From: Chrysemys picta bellii
Taxonomy: Eukaryota
DNA length: 64,000 nucleotides
NCBI RefSeq assembly: GCF_011386835.1
Contig: NC_088797.1
Span: forward strand, 41,726,001-41,790,000
Reading direction: 5' to 3'
Each line of letters opens with the position of its first letter. Positions within the stretch are counted from its first letter, which is position 1. The position numbers and the translations under genes were made by a program. Below, one piece after another: positions 24,567 through 37,107 of this stretch. Under the pieces are notes generated by a model. It did no database searches, was not told the DNA's origin, and saw nothing but the letters and a program-made list of their open reading frames with translations.

Positions 24567-25234
24567 ATGCCCACTGCCCCTTCTTTGTTTCCTTGCCCCT
24601 ATACTGAATGGGCAGGACTAAACTGGGAAAATAGGCAGTGTTTAAAAATGAGTTTGCTAACATGCTTGAACTATCACGGTTTTCAATACAACCTATTTCC
24701 TAGTCTGGACAGGGTGGGTCAATGTCATATCCCCATATTCCATTCTTCCCTCAGGTATAGGCTTTAAAGAGGGAAATTGCTCTATTGTATAGTAAGCAGG
24801 GCTGTGGGTGTATTTTCCAGCAATGTGTCTTTTGGTTTTCACCCTCTCTCATAGCCTTGAGACAGAAACAGTTGCTGACTCTAGGCTCCTCAGAGCCTCA
24901 AACCCCTCTCCTGTTTTTGCTGGGAGTGTGATTTGCATCTAATGCTGGAAGAGCTGTATGGATATTTAGCTGATGGCCTCCTTTCACATTATACCCTTAG
25001 CAGCACATCCCGAGGTGGCACCTCATTTCTTATGTAAAGTCTTTTGATTGAAGAAGTTTGGATAGGTCAGGTAGTTTATTTGCATTAGCACTCTGGTTTC
25101 CGTAGGTCTACAGCATATGCGCCCTATTCCCATAGTAGCATTTTGGTGGTCTTGCTATGTAACAGGAAAGCCACTTCCAGCTCACACTGGAAATACAGAA
25201 AGTAGCATTGATGGCAATGTTTTCACTGCAAAGA

Positions 25235-25489
25235 AAACAAGGAGTCTGGTGGCACCTTAAAGACTAACAGATTTATTTGGGCATAAGCTTTCGTGGGTAA
25301 AAAACCTCATTTCTTGGGATGCATGGAGTGAAAATTACAGATGCAGGTAATTTTCACTCCATGCATCTCAAGAAGTGAGATTTTTTACCCACGAAAGCTT
25401 ATGCCCAAATAAATCTGCTAGTCTTTAAGCTGCCACCGGACTCCTTGTTGTTTTTGTGGATACAGACTAACACCGCTACCCCCTGATAC
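25235..25489. mobile_element. Penelope-like element 3' remnant with 5' inversion (fold-back)
   Basis: Two ~104-bp inverted arms separated by an 8-nt loop, ending in the PLE-type tail GTGGATACAGACTAACAC...GATAC. A 13-bp TSD TTCACTGCAAAGA lies at 25222-25234 and 25490-25502. Confidence 0.88.
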
Positions 25490-27014
25490 TTCACTGCAAA
25501 GAGTTTGCCAAGAAAGGATAAGGACAAAGTGTTATTAGCTGCTGTCTCCCACTAAGTGCAAAGTACACAAGAGGTGTGCAGCGATCCTGAGTGTCACTTT
25601 ACTGCACCCATCCCTGCAGTGGCTGAGTGTTACATGGATACATACTTCAATATTATTTCTATTACAGTACGTGGATACCTAATAGGGGCTTATAAATTAC
25701 AAGCTCTGAAAATACTGTGTATAGAGTGGGGTATTAGAAGGTATGCTGTATTGTATACAGTGGTGGGTTGGAAGGTATGGCATATTGTGTACAGTAGGAT
25801 ATTGGAAGGTATGCTATACTGTATTGTATACAGTGAGGTACTGAAAGGTATGACATATTGTTGCACTTTGAAAGCTAGGGGTATAATTAATCTGTTGAAA
25901 TTCCACTGACTCCAGTGAAATTACACCAGGGGTAAAATTGGCTTAGTAGATTTAATTCTTTTTCTGTACTGCTGCAAAAATATCTTATGGCTTACATTGT
26001 TCCAGAAATTCTCAGCAAACATACAGTTAGTTAATGTTTGTTCCCTGCACTTTAGTGTAACAAAAAATAAAGAGAAATTTAAGGCTTAAGCCATGAAGCC
26101 TGCAGGTCAAATGTATAATTGAAATGACTGAGCAACGCAATAGGTGTCCAAAAGCTGGGCTACTAAGGAGAACCTGGTGTCTGGTGGAGAGATGCAATAG
26201 ATCTGCTCTGGTCCCAAAGCCAAACAGAAAGTAGCAGGTCAGTGGTGATAGAGGAAGTAAACCTGGTCTAAGATGATCACACCATTATCTGTCCCTGGTA
26301 TTACAGACCTAACGGACAGTTCTCTGCTTATGCAGCACAGAGTGAACTTGAAACAGCCAAAGGAATCTCCCTAGTGGCAGCGATGGTTCTGCTGCCTTCC
26401 ACATCTGCCATCTACTCTGCTGGAACCCACTGCATGGCATAAGGAAAAGCAAAGGCTTCTCGGAGGGAAGGAGGAGACAGAGCATGTGAGGGAAGGGGAG
26501 GAGGCAGAGTTAGGCTCTGATATACTCAGTTCTCAGCTGATTTAAGGTCCTTGTGGGAATCTTTCCACTTGAGCACAGTGGAGAATTAAGCCCAAATCTC
26601 TGAAATAGACCAGAGTAATGGATCACTGAAATAAGCGTCTTGGCCTGGTATCCCCATTTATATAGCTGTTGTTACAGGAAAACTGTCTCTTACATTTTTA
26701 GCCCATGGCTGGTTATTTTAAATAAGTAATACAGAAGTAAAGGTGGATCAGCTGTCTCATTGGTTTGATGGGGATTCAGCAGCTCAAGGGCATAACATTC
26801 TCATTCACTTTAGCAGGGTTCAAAGCCAGCTAGATAGCAGATCAATGACACATTTTTGTACTCCATCTGAGCAAGACCTTACCAATTTGCTTGTAAGTCC
26901 CCATTCTATTGCCCAATTTGCTGGGCGCTCTCCCAAGACAAACTCTGCCTAGCAGTGTACTTTGCTGCCTGCTTGCAAGCTGCGAGACAGTATGTCTCTT
27001 GGCAGCCATCTTCT

Positions 27015-27558
27015 ATGGACACAAAGCAGACATCAAGAATTATAACATTCAAAAACCAGTGGGAGAGCATTTTAATCTCCCCAGACACTCAATTTCAGAC
27101 TTCAAAGTGGCCATGCTTCAACAACAAAAACTTCAAAAACAGACTTCAATGAGAAACTGCAGAGCTAGAATTAATTTGCAAACTTGACACCATCAAATTA
27201 GGCCTGAATAAAGAATGGGAAAGCCTGGGTCACTACAAGAAGTAATCTCCCATCAACTGTTGTGTATGGGCCATCCATCCTGCTGGAATTTGCCTCATTA
27301 GCACTACAAAAAGTAATTTTTACTTTGTTGACATTCACATCTTCTTGTCAACTGTTGGGAATGGGACACATCCACCCTGATTGACTCATTGACCCCCCAC
27401 TTGGTAAGGCAACTCCCATCTTTTCTTGTGCTGTATATTTATGCCTGCCTACTGTAATTTTCACTCCACACATCTGAAAAAGTGGGTCATAGCCCACTAA
27501 AGCTTATGCTCTAATAAATTTGTTAGTCTTTAAGGTGCCACAAGACTCTTCATTGTTT
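27015..27558 (+). mobile_element. Penelope-like element 3' fragment (GIY-YIG endonuclease C-terminus + 3' repeat)
   Basis: GHKADIKNYNIQKPVGEHFNLPRHSISDFKVAML is followed after a frameshift by KNFKNRLQ*ETAELELICKLDTIKLGLNK. The 3' end AAGCTTATGCTCTAATAAATTTGTTAGTCTTTAAGGTGCCAC is shared with the other PLE ends in the window. Confidence 0.9.
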
Positions 27559-28548
27559 TATCTTCTGTTGAATATCTCTAAACCACAAAGTGCGGGTAGA
27601 ATGACCGTATCTCTGAGCAGCTGCAGGAATTTTTCTGGGAAACGTAAACTTGTTGGACGGCTAAGATGCTCCTATTATGCCAAGCTTTCACCCCAATGGC
27701 AATGCTTGCATTCTGCGCGGTTTAACGGTCTGCTTGCATCTTTGTCGCTAGAATCAGGAAAATTCCTTGACACTGCCTATGAAATTAATATGCATCAAGT
27801 GTGCTAATATAAATAATTTGTTATCTTAGTGCTTGGGAACGTGAACGAGGGATAGGACTTCACTCCAAACAGTGTTTTATTAAAATAAAGATGGATTTTT
27901 TTTTATCAAAACCTCACTTGGTTTGGTTGTAATTATAAAGCTGTATGCAGTTGTGTTGGCATTGTGTTGGGGTTATATTTATTCACAAGACTGATTCTGG
28001 CACTTTATTGTAAGGTGGCAGTGAGCACACCAAAGAAAAAATGACAAAATGCATAAGAATTTCTGTGAGCGCTCTTTTTTTTAAGAATCTCAAATGTCAG
28101 AGCCAGCAACGTACAAATTGGTCTTAATACTAGCCACATATTAGGACAACTTTCTTAAGATTTTTAATGCACGTACGAAACATACAATCATGGTTTTCTT
28201 CATGTGTAGCTCTCTTTTAGAACAATCTCCATCTGCTATTACATGGTATCATAAAATATGACATCAAAAGTAGTGCTAGAAACCAAAACTCCTTTGTCTC
28301 ATGAGTACCTGCCTTGAACCCTGCTGCATACCACCATAATCTTTAAATTGTGCCCCCTTACTATCGGCAGTTACTAGTCACCTATGAACCACATTGTCTT
28401 CATAATTAACCACAACATCCTGCTCAATCCAAAATGCCGTATAGACATATCCAAGAGGCCTCTTCCTGTGGAATCCTGCCTCATTTGTTAGAAGGTATGC
28501 AGTGAATGAGGCAGGAGATTGCAGGAAGAGAAGGAATGGTATTATGGT

Positions 28549-29578
28549 TAGGGCCCTACCAAATTCATGGTCCGTTTTGGTCAATTTCATAGTTATAGGA
28601 TTTTTAAAATCAGAATTTTCATGATTTCAGCTATTTAAATCTGAAATTTCATGGTGTTGTAATTGTAGGAGTCACAAGGTTATTGTATGGGGGGGTTGCG
28701 GTACTGCTACCCTTACTTCTGTGTTGCTGCTGGCGGCAGCACTGCTTTTAGAGCTAGGCAGCTGTCCAGCGGCGGTTGCTGGCCAGGATCCCAGCTCTGA
28801 AGGCAGAGACATTGCCAGCAGCAGCACAGAAGTAAGGATGGTATGGTATTGCCAGGTCTGGCTCCAGCGTTTTTGCGTTTTTGCCGCCCCAAGCGGCAAA
28901 CAAACAAAACAAAACAAAACAAAAAGCTGTGATCGGCAGCACTTCGGCGGCAGCTCTACCACCACCGCTTCATTCTTCAGCGGCAATTCGGCGGCAGGTC
29001 CTTCCCTCCGATAGAGACGGAGGGACCTGCCGCCAAATTGCTGCCGAAGAGCCGGACGTGCCGCCCCTTTCCGTTGGCTGCCCCAAGCACCTGCTTGCTG
29101 CGCTGGTGCCTGGAGCCAGCCCTCGGTATTGCCATCCTTGCTTCTGCACTGCTGCCTGCAGAGCTGGGCCCTCAGTCAGCAGCCGCCACTCTCTGGCTGC
29201 CCATCTCTGAAGGCAGCAATGCAGAAGTAAGGGTGGCAATACCATACCATGCCATCCTTCTTCTGTACTACTCCTGGCGGAGTGCTGCCTTCAGAACGGG
29301 GCACCTGGGCTGGTCAACAGCTGCCGCCCTCCGTCTGCCCAGCTCTGAAGGCAACACAGAAGTAAGGGTGGCAATACTGTGACCCCCCTAAAATAACCTT
29401 GCAACACCCCTGCAACTCCCTTTTGGGTCAGGACCCCCAATTTGAGAAAGGACTGGTCTCCCCGAAGAAAACTGTATAATATAGGATAAAAGCACATAAA
29501 AGACCAGATTTCACGGGGGAGACTGGATTTCACGGTCCGTGACATGTTTTTCATGGCCGTGAATTTGGTAGGGCCCTA
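28549..29578. mobile_element. Non-autonomous hAT element (TAGGGCCCTACCAAATTCA TIR)
   Basis: Perfect 19-bp TIRs TAGGGCCCTACCAAATTCA / TGAATTTGGTAGGGCCCTA and TSD ATTATGGT / CTTATGTT (6/8). Internal repeats of CTCTGAAGGCAG...AGAAGTAAGGGTGG are present. Confidence 0.85.
28853..29124. mobile_element. hAT (Tip100-like) MITE nested in the previous element
   Basis: TIRs CAGGTCTGGCTCCAG / CTGGAGCCAGCCCTC and a perfect 8-bp TSD GGTATTGC (28845-28852, 29125-29132). Confidence 0.85.
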
Positions 29579-31125
29579 CTTATGTTTAAGGCAGATGAAT
29601 GCTGCCTTGCAGAACTAGATTCTATCCCCGCCTCTACCACAGAGTTCCTATGTGATGCTAGGTACGTCACTAATATCAGACTTTTCAGAAATGGTTAACT
29701 GTGTGTTCCTCGTTTTGGGGGTCTGATTTGAGACTCTGGGATCTGACTTGCAGAAGTGCTGGGAGGAACTATGCTTTGAATGTATAACATGCTAAATAAC
29801 ACTCAGTACATAAAAAGTCCTTAGACTACTGTACTGTCAGTATTGGAACTTAATGTTCTCTCACACTGTGACATTATCAAATATTCTGAATCATAAAAAC
29901 CCTATTAGAATCACTTTTTACTCAATAGCAGTCTTATGATTAAAAGATAAAGATGTATGTACTATCAGTACAGTGTCATTTCTGCTCAGCAGCACTCCAG
30001 TTCCCTTGGTTTTTCACCATACCCACAGGATGAAGCTATGTAAGAATATACTATTTCTAGTCTAGAAATTATATAGTCATATTTCTCCATTCCAGGTTCA
30101 GCAGATGGAAATGCTGTTGCCAGGAAATAACTTTTTTCTAATAAATCATCCTCTTGCAGCTAGAGATATTTGCTAACTTCACTTCAGAAGCAAAATCATG
30201 ACTGTCATTAATACAAACTATTGATTACATTTTTGCGGTAGTAATCAACTCTTACAACGTCAGCTGAAGCAGTTGTTGGTAACCAATCTCTCAAAAGTTT
30301 GCTGCATTGGAAGTAGATTGGCTAACGTTTACCCTTTGAAGATTGAATATATCCTTGAATGGCGGAAGCAGAGTGTTTGCAGATTGTGCATTTTTATAAA
30401 CTAGGCTCATATAGCTTCCCTGTCAAAAATATCCTCCTCCTACTGCCCCTTACTTATCCCCTCCTTATCTCAAAAAGGACTGCAGATAAGAGAGGCTCAT
30501 TGAAGATTTCGTCAAAGAAAAACATAATCTTGCCTTTCCCAAAATATTTATTTTTATCTCTAATGGCTTTTCCTACCTTACAGAGTTGGGGCAGGGAGGG
30601 CATGGAAGGAAGCAAAAGATCATGGCACAAGTCCAGTTCTGTGAAGTTAAGATTAGAAAACAATGGGTCTGATTCTCACTAATGTTAATTTAACACCTTC
30701 AGTGGCATTGTTTCTGATATACACAGGTATGCTATCAGTCAAGTCCAGTGTATTCAGTCCCTCACTAAAGGTTGGATCCATCCTTCATGGAAGTCAACTG
30801 GAGTCTGTCCAAATAGAAATTGGATTGGGCTCTAAATTTTGACCTTACTCTTTAAATTGTCAAAAGCTTGAAAAAACAGTCTTTAAAAAGTCAGTAGCTC
30901 CCTAAGAAGGGATATCTGGTCATATACTTCTGCAAAGTTTGAATTAATGCTCCCTCCATTTTTTTTCTCCCTCACTGAAGTGTTTCAGAAGAACTGACTT
31001 CTAAATTTCACCATGAGGGCAAAACTTTGAGAGGGGAAAAGAGGGAATTCTAATTTTTAAAAAATATTGACAAGCAACAGTTTAATTTAGTTAACTGTCC
31101 AAATAAAGAAAACTGTTCACTACTA

Positions 31126-31317
31126 CACTTCTATCCCGATATAACGCAACCCAATATAACACAAATTAGGATATAACGCGGTAAAGCAGCGCTCCGGGGG
31201 AGGGGGCAGGGCTGCGCGCTCTGGCGGATCAAAGCAAGTTCGATATAAGGCGGTTTCACCTATAATGCAGTATGATTTTTTGGCTCCCGAGGACAGCGTT
31301 ATATCACGGTAGAGGTG
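31126..31317. mobile_element. Tc1/mariner (Tigger-like) MITE
   Basis: TIRs CACTTCTATCCCGATATAACGC / GCGTTATATCACGGTAGAGGTG, flanked by TA on both sides. Confidence 0.85.
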
Positions 31318-32277
31318 TATGTCCAAAACTGCACATGATCATTCCTTGGTGATTCAAGACTCAATTACAGTTTTAAATTAGCCTAGTTGTAATTTTTCAT
31401 AATTTCCCTTAAGGAAACTATTCCAGTCTGAAAAATTGCCCTCTTAGGAAGCTTCTTGATATTTAACCTAACTTCCCTCTTGCTAATCCAAAATGCCATT
31501 CTTTGGGGAGGGACAAGGGGAAGCTAGGTAGCAGATAGCAGTATTAAGCCTTATGCACTGATCCAAGCTCTAGAAGTTTGGGTTCAAAACCAGACTCAAG
31601 GTATTAGTAAAGATGATCTTGGTGGTTTTCACCATGCCATCTTGTATGTTTAAGCATAAATGGCAGTTTTCTGAAAATGTTTAAGCCCTAAGGATGGTTG
31701 CATATGCTCCCGTAGCTTATGTGCTAAGAAGTTTAGCAGCTTGCTAAATTCTATATACAAACTAAAATCTCCTACTTTATATGCTGTCATAACAATTTAT
31801 ACTAAAATGGTCCCAGGAAACGTACACAAAAGATCTTCCAACTCCGAAAAAAAAAAAAAAAAGATTGTGGCCTGAAGGAGTCACAGCAAAGCCATGCAAC
31901 CCTGGAAATGCAAACTTACTGCAGACAACTGAATGTAATGCTGCTCTAAGAGGCATCAACTTGCTATGGGCAAAAATCCACAGTCCTTATGGCAAAGCAT
32001 GTTTCACTGAATGTCTTAGCATCCATGCAACATCTGCAACCAGTGGAAGTGTGCTGGGTTCATCTCAGACTGCAAGAGGCTGGGGGGGAAAGTTCACAGT
32101 GCTTTTACGTATTCTGTGGCTTCATGTTACAGATTCTGCTGCTTACGTACAATGTGCACAGTTTGCTACTTCTCCCTCTCTTTGTCAAAACTTTTCTAAG
32201 GATGTCCAATGCTGGTTACTGCAAATATTTCTCTTTCCTAATTGAACAGCATGATGTGAGGAAGCTAGGAACTTATA

Positions 32278-32639
32278 TACAGCTAGCCAAAAAATGAGAA
32301 TTATTTTCCATGAAAAGTTTTGAACAAAATGATTTTTATTTGATTGGAAACTTTACATGAAACAAATGTTTTTTTCAATTGGAATTATTCCATTGAAAAA
32401 TCAGGAATTGAATGCAATTCCCACTCCCCTTATTTAATTTATTAATTTATTTGCACTACAAAAAAGAGCAATGGGGGAAACAAACTAAAACAAAAAAAAT
32501 GTTTATATTGTATTAGATAAGGAAAATATTTTTAATAGTTTTGCTGAAAATTTAGATATTTTTAAACAATACAAAATTCTTTGTATTCTTTGATGAGTCA
32601 TTTTTCATAAGTTTTTGATGAAAAATTTCAACTGGCCTA
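32278..32639. mobile_element. Decayed AT-rich MITE (TAGAGCTGGTC-type TIR)
   Basis: The ends TACAGCTAGCCAAAAAA / TTTCAACTGGCCTA resemble those of the 55755-56277 copy. The TSD matches only 5/8. Confidence 0.35.
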
Positions 32640-34494
32640 CAGTTTTAGAAGGCACTAGACTGGGAAACAAGATAGCAGCAATCTCATTTTTACAATTTAT
32701 TGTATTATGGAAGGCCCAATTGGCCTCAGTTGTGACCCTGGCCCCTGGGAGGCACTGTACAGACACACTACAAAAGTAAATGTCCCAAAGATCTACCACA
32801 GGCAATACCCTTATTTATTCTGTGCCTCATTTTCCCTTCCTAAAACAGGAACATTTCCCTTCCTCATACTACTGTTGAGGCAAAATATATTCATATTTGT
32901 AGTAGCACTACAAATACTAATGTGACAAGTACTGTAGAAAAAGCAGTAAATAGACTTAAGATCAGTGCCATAGTAGTCTTACCCTGTTTTTCAACAGTGT
33001 AGTGCTATGGAGAAGCTAGAAATACCCACCTCTGCATTAAGAACTGCCTTAATTCCACCATGATTGGAACTGTCTCTTACTTTTGGCATGCCCTGGAGAA
33101 TTCTTATTAAGGAAAATGATATAGTTGTAAAGTATATTGAAATGTTGACATTTGCCTATGCATGAATATGCTTTCTGCCTTCTCCTGACAAAAGTGGGCT
33201 GTTGATTTGAGATGTAACCACCTTCTTGGGTGGCAAAGATCTATTTGATAAACTCTTGCAGCTCTTTTCAACAGAGTCATGCTGCAGCTACAGAATTCCC
33301 CTTTCAAAATGATAGCACTGTACCCTGCGCAAGTTAGGTAACCTATTTTACTTTGTCAGAAATAACACAGCCATATGAATGTCATCTCAGCAAGGTCTCA
33401 CACTGTTAACTCAACATTTGAAATGAACAAAGCAACATACTAATATATTGCTGTGGCCCTATTGTGTCTGCTCAGTAAAAGTGACTATCTCCAGAAGCCA
33501 GGGTGGGAAAGTTTTCATAATAATGCCTCTTGACACTAGGACTTCAGATAGCAGTCCCTGTTTTCACAGGCATTAAATTTTAATAGTCATTTCCTCACCT
33601 TCAGACCCGCAAGTCAAAAAGTGTTTGGAAGTACAGATTTACTTAGTTTCGGTGTTTCTCATCCAGCATTATTAAGAAATGCAAAAGGAGCTCGTATTGC
33701 CTAAATTCATCTGCCACAGTCAATCACATCCGACTTATGAAAAAACAGTTAAACGTTCCCTTTTTCCCTACAATATTTCTGATATTTTAACTTTAGTGTC
33801 TTATGAAGGCTTTCTAGCTTTAATATGCTATGGTGATTTTAAATTGTTGCAGTGGTTTCGTGACTAATATATGCAGCTTTCCCTTGTGTGTCTTGCAGGA
33901 TCCAACTCACAACTAGAACTTGTGAGGGGAGAATGCCTACGAGAATAGCTCTCTCACATAAAAGTGCTCACCAGAAAGAGAAACTATTTATTTGTAATAT
34001 TGAGATTTTGTATTTTGTGCAGCATCTACATTTCTCATGGGCTGTCACAACATTTTTCAGTATAATGGTTCCGAAAATTCTTATCAGGCTGCATAAATTT
34101 AAAGACTTCAGATTTGTTGATAATATTTAAGATACTAAAAAGAATTCTGTGTGGTCAACAATGCTGTCAAAATATATACTGGATTTTTCCTGAGACTTTT
34201 GTCAAGTTTACATCTACACAACTGAAGGAAAATTTAAGCTTACTCCTGTCTAATGTAGCTACTTCATGAACTTAAAAAGCTCAAAGCCTGGTTCAGAATA
34301 AAGCTTGCTAAACTTGTGCCCTCCGTATGCTCAGGAATGTTAAGGATTAAGGTAAGCAGCACACCATGTTTGCCAACATGTTTCCATGGGATTCTACTTC
34401 TGAATAAACATGAATCAACCTTTGGTCGTTCTGTTGTAAAATCAGATACTCCAAAGGTCAAGAATTGACTTCAAATAAAGTATGGATTGTCACC

Positions 34495-34570
34495 TACAAG
34501 TAAGAGAACGTGACCTTCAGTGGTGACCTCCTTACAAGTAAGAGAACGTGACCTTCAGTGGTGACCTCCT
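34495..34570. repeat. Perfect 38-bp tandem duplication
   Basis: TACAAGTAAGAGAACGTGACCTTCAGTGGTGACCTCCT x2. Confidence 0.95.
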
Positions 34571-34835
34571 TAAAATATTTTCTATGAATACTTTTATCAG
34601 AAACATCTATCTGCCAAAACAAAGTGTAACATTATAAGGAGACAATAGAGAAATACTCATAGTTTTATTAAACACAGCTAGCTCAGCACTTACATAAAAA
34701 ACATTATGGTATATGAGTATCTCAACATGCTTTACAACAGTGAGTAAGTGTCCCCATTTTACACAGGGGAAAACTGAGATGAAACCCCTAAATTAGGAGA
34801 AACTATGGTGTTGGACACAATAGAAATGCCTATAA

Positions 34836-34900
34836 AGGATTACAGATAGACTCCAACAGCCTTTTACAGATAGGATTACAGATAGACTCCAACAGCCTTT
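34836..34900. repeat. 36-bp-period tandem duplication
   Basis: AGGATTACAGATAGACTCCAACAGCCTTT starts at 34836 and again at 34872. Confidence 0.92.
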
Positions 34901-35416
34901 ACACAGGAATAATTGTTTATTTAACTTGAGAAAGTTATAAATGTATTGAAAGATATCAATTCATTTTCACTGTAGATTTGGTACATGATTAAGTGCCAGT
35001 TCTAGGGAGTGCTTTCTATAAAAGAAATTGGCTGATTACACTGCGTTTTCTTTCATGCAATCATACAGCTGAAATATTTCTTTGCCTATTCAATAGTCTG
35101 CAGACAAAGGCAAAATACAGACTTCTCTAGATTCCTTCCATTATTCTAATGTATAATTTCTCTAATGTCACAAGATGTTATTCTGAAAGATTAATGCAGT
35201 CTCTAGGGAATTACACTTGAAGAGCCAGATCTTTCTGGTGCATCTTAATAATCGATTTATTTTTAATCTACATTGTTCAGTAAACTGCATCCAGAGCAGT
35301 GCAGTACAGCAGCTGTAAAGGGGTTAATGAAGACATTCAATTGAAAGGAGAGGAAAGCAGAAAAATACTGAGCCATCACACTTTTAAAAAAAATTCTATG
35401 TTGCCAGGACCAGGGA

Positions 35417-35418
<2 letters not shown>

Positions 35419-35466
<48 letters not shown>
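35419..35466. repeat. (TA)n(CA)n compound microsatellite
   Basis: Directly visible. Confidence 0.95.
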
Positions 35467-35467
<1 letters not shown>

Positions 35468-37107
35468 GTACTGCTTCTGATAAAATACAGTTTCCTAAAG
35501 TTCTTGCATCCAAGGAACTGTCCGGTAGAAAAGGAAATAAGTTACTTTTGCAAATGGGCTAAGTTTTTACTGCTAAAGCAAAATTTCTTTCTACAGCAGA
35601 AGTGTTAGCTGGTGCTGTAATATTTTTAATAAAATACTTATTCTCTTATATTTACAGAATGCTAACATCAGAGAATTAAAATACAAGGATAAGTAGCAAG
35701 ATAGCTGTCTGTTGGCTTTATTTTATTTTATTTTATTTTATTTATTTATTGGAAGGCCCACATAGAAATCAAATCTTCTCATGCCCTCTTTCATGCAAGG
35801 TTGGAAATATCCCACACAGTGTGGCTCAAAATAAGTGGACTCTGCTTGTGTGAGCTAAATTTAGGGGACTTCTTTATTTTCCAAAGCATACATAAGTTCA
35901 GTTTCCCCTCTTTACTTCCTAAAAGCATTCTCTTCTGCCTTTTAAATTTGATCTTTCATATCTTAAGCAGTCCTGAAAATGTTACATTTCTGCAGATATT
36001 TCATTGTATGGAGAGAGACTTCACTGTAGATTAATTTAAATAAAAATTCACTAAACTAAAAAAAAAAAAAAAACCCCAAAATTTGTTCAACTGAATTTGC
36101 TTTTCCCCCCTAACATTCCTGCTACAGTGTTGTATGTCAATATTTTCCAGGCAAAATGTGCTTTTTATCTTAGCTATAGCAGAGAGAAAGTATTCTCACA
36201 AAGTAAAAGTACCTCTGATGAAGAACAAGCGCCACCTCTTCAATCCTAATCTGATTAGGACAAAATGGCCTCTGTTCTGGATTATACTTTACTTGATGAC
36301 AAAATTGGTATTTCCCCAAATGCCCTGAAAATAGAAGGGTTGGGGCTCATTTCTTCCTCCCCTGGGGCCTTCTTATGTTTCCCACTCATACATTTAAGAT
36401 TGCAGATAAATCTTGAATGCTACATGGAGAATATGAAAACATAAATTCTGAGGTTCCAATTGTATTTAACACAGCGATTCTGTAACAAAATGAATGAGTC
36501 CTTTTCTTTCCTTGGGCTTCACACAAAGTTCCTTGAGAAATTCTCAAATGATGAAATTACCTTGATAAATGATCAAACAGTCTCCTATAATCAACCCCCA
36601 TTTTGTAAAAATTTGCACAAACTTATTTTTCAGGGATCCTTTCAATTACTTGACTTTCTCCCATGGCTGTACCAGTATCTCAAATGCAGCTCAGTGAGAG
36701 AAAGAAGATCTTTGCAATGGAAATGCTAATACAACTAACTAGTCAGGGACAGTTCCACTATAAAAACCCGTTGACGAACCCATGGAGTCTAAGCTTTGTT
36801 ACAGTATAAAATCTGTAGATAAGAAACTTTTTAATGACACTATTCCCAACCAGAAAAGCCCTCAATTTATCCTAAAGTATAGATAGATACACATGAATTT
36901 CAGGTTTCTAGGGCCTGATCTAAATCCCACTGAATTAAACAGGCAATCTTTCTACTGACTGCAGTTTTGGACAGGACTTTAAGGTTAAAACCAAAACAAT
37001 ATTTTAAAAAATAAATAACAGCTAGTCAAAATTAAACTTTAATTTCCAAATTTCAACAACTTCAAATTTCATAATTTGAAAAATAAACAAGAATTTTTTA
37101 TTAAATG

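Noticed and set aside
24996-25186. Minus-strand exon candidate after the strong acceptor ctttctgtatttccag
   Set aside because: All three frames hit stop codons within 80 nt, and there is no convincing donor.
28378-28490. Minus-strand exon-like segment (GFHRKRPLGYVYTAFWIEQ...)
   Set aside because: The acceptor is weak, and the segment contains GGATATGTCTATAC, resembling a Harbinger-type TIR, so it is more likely a repeat remnant.
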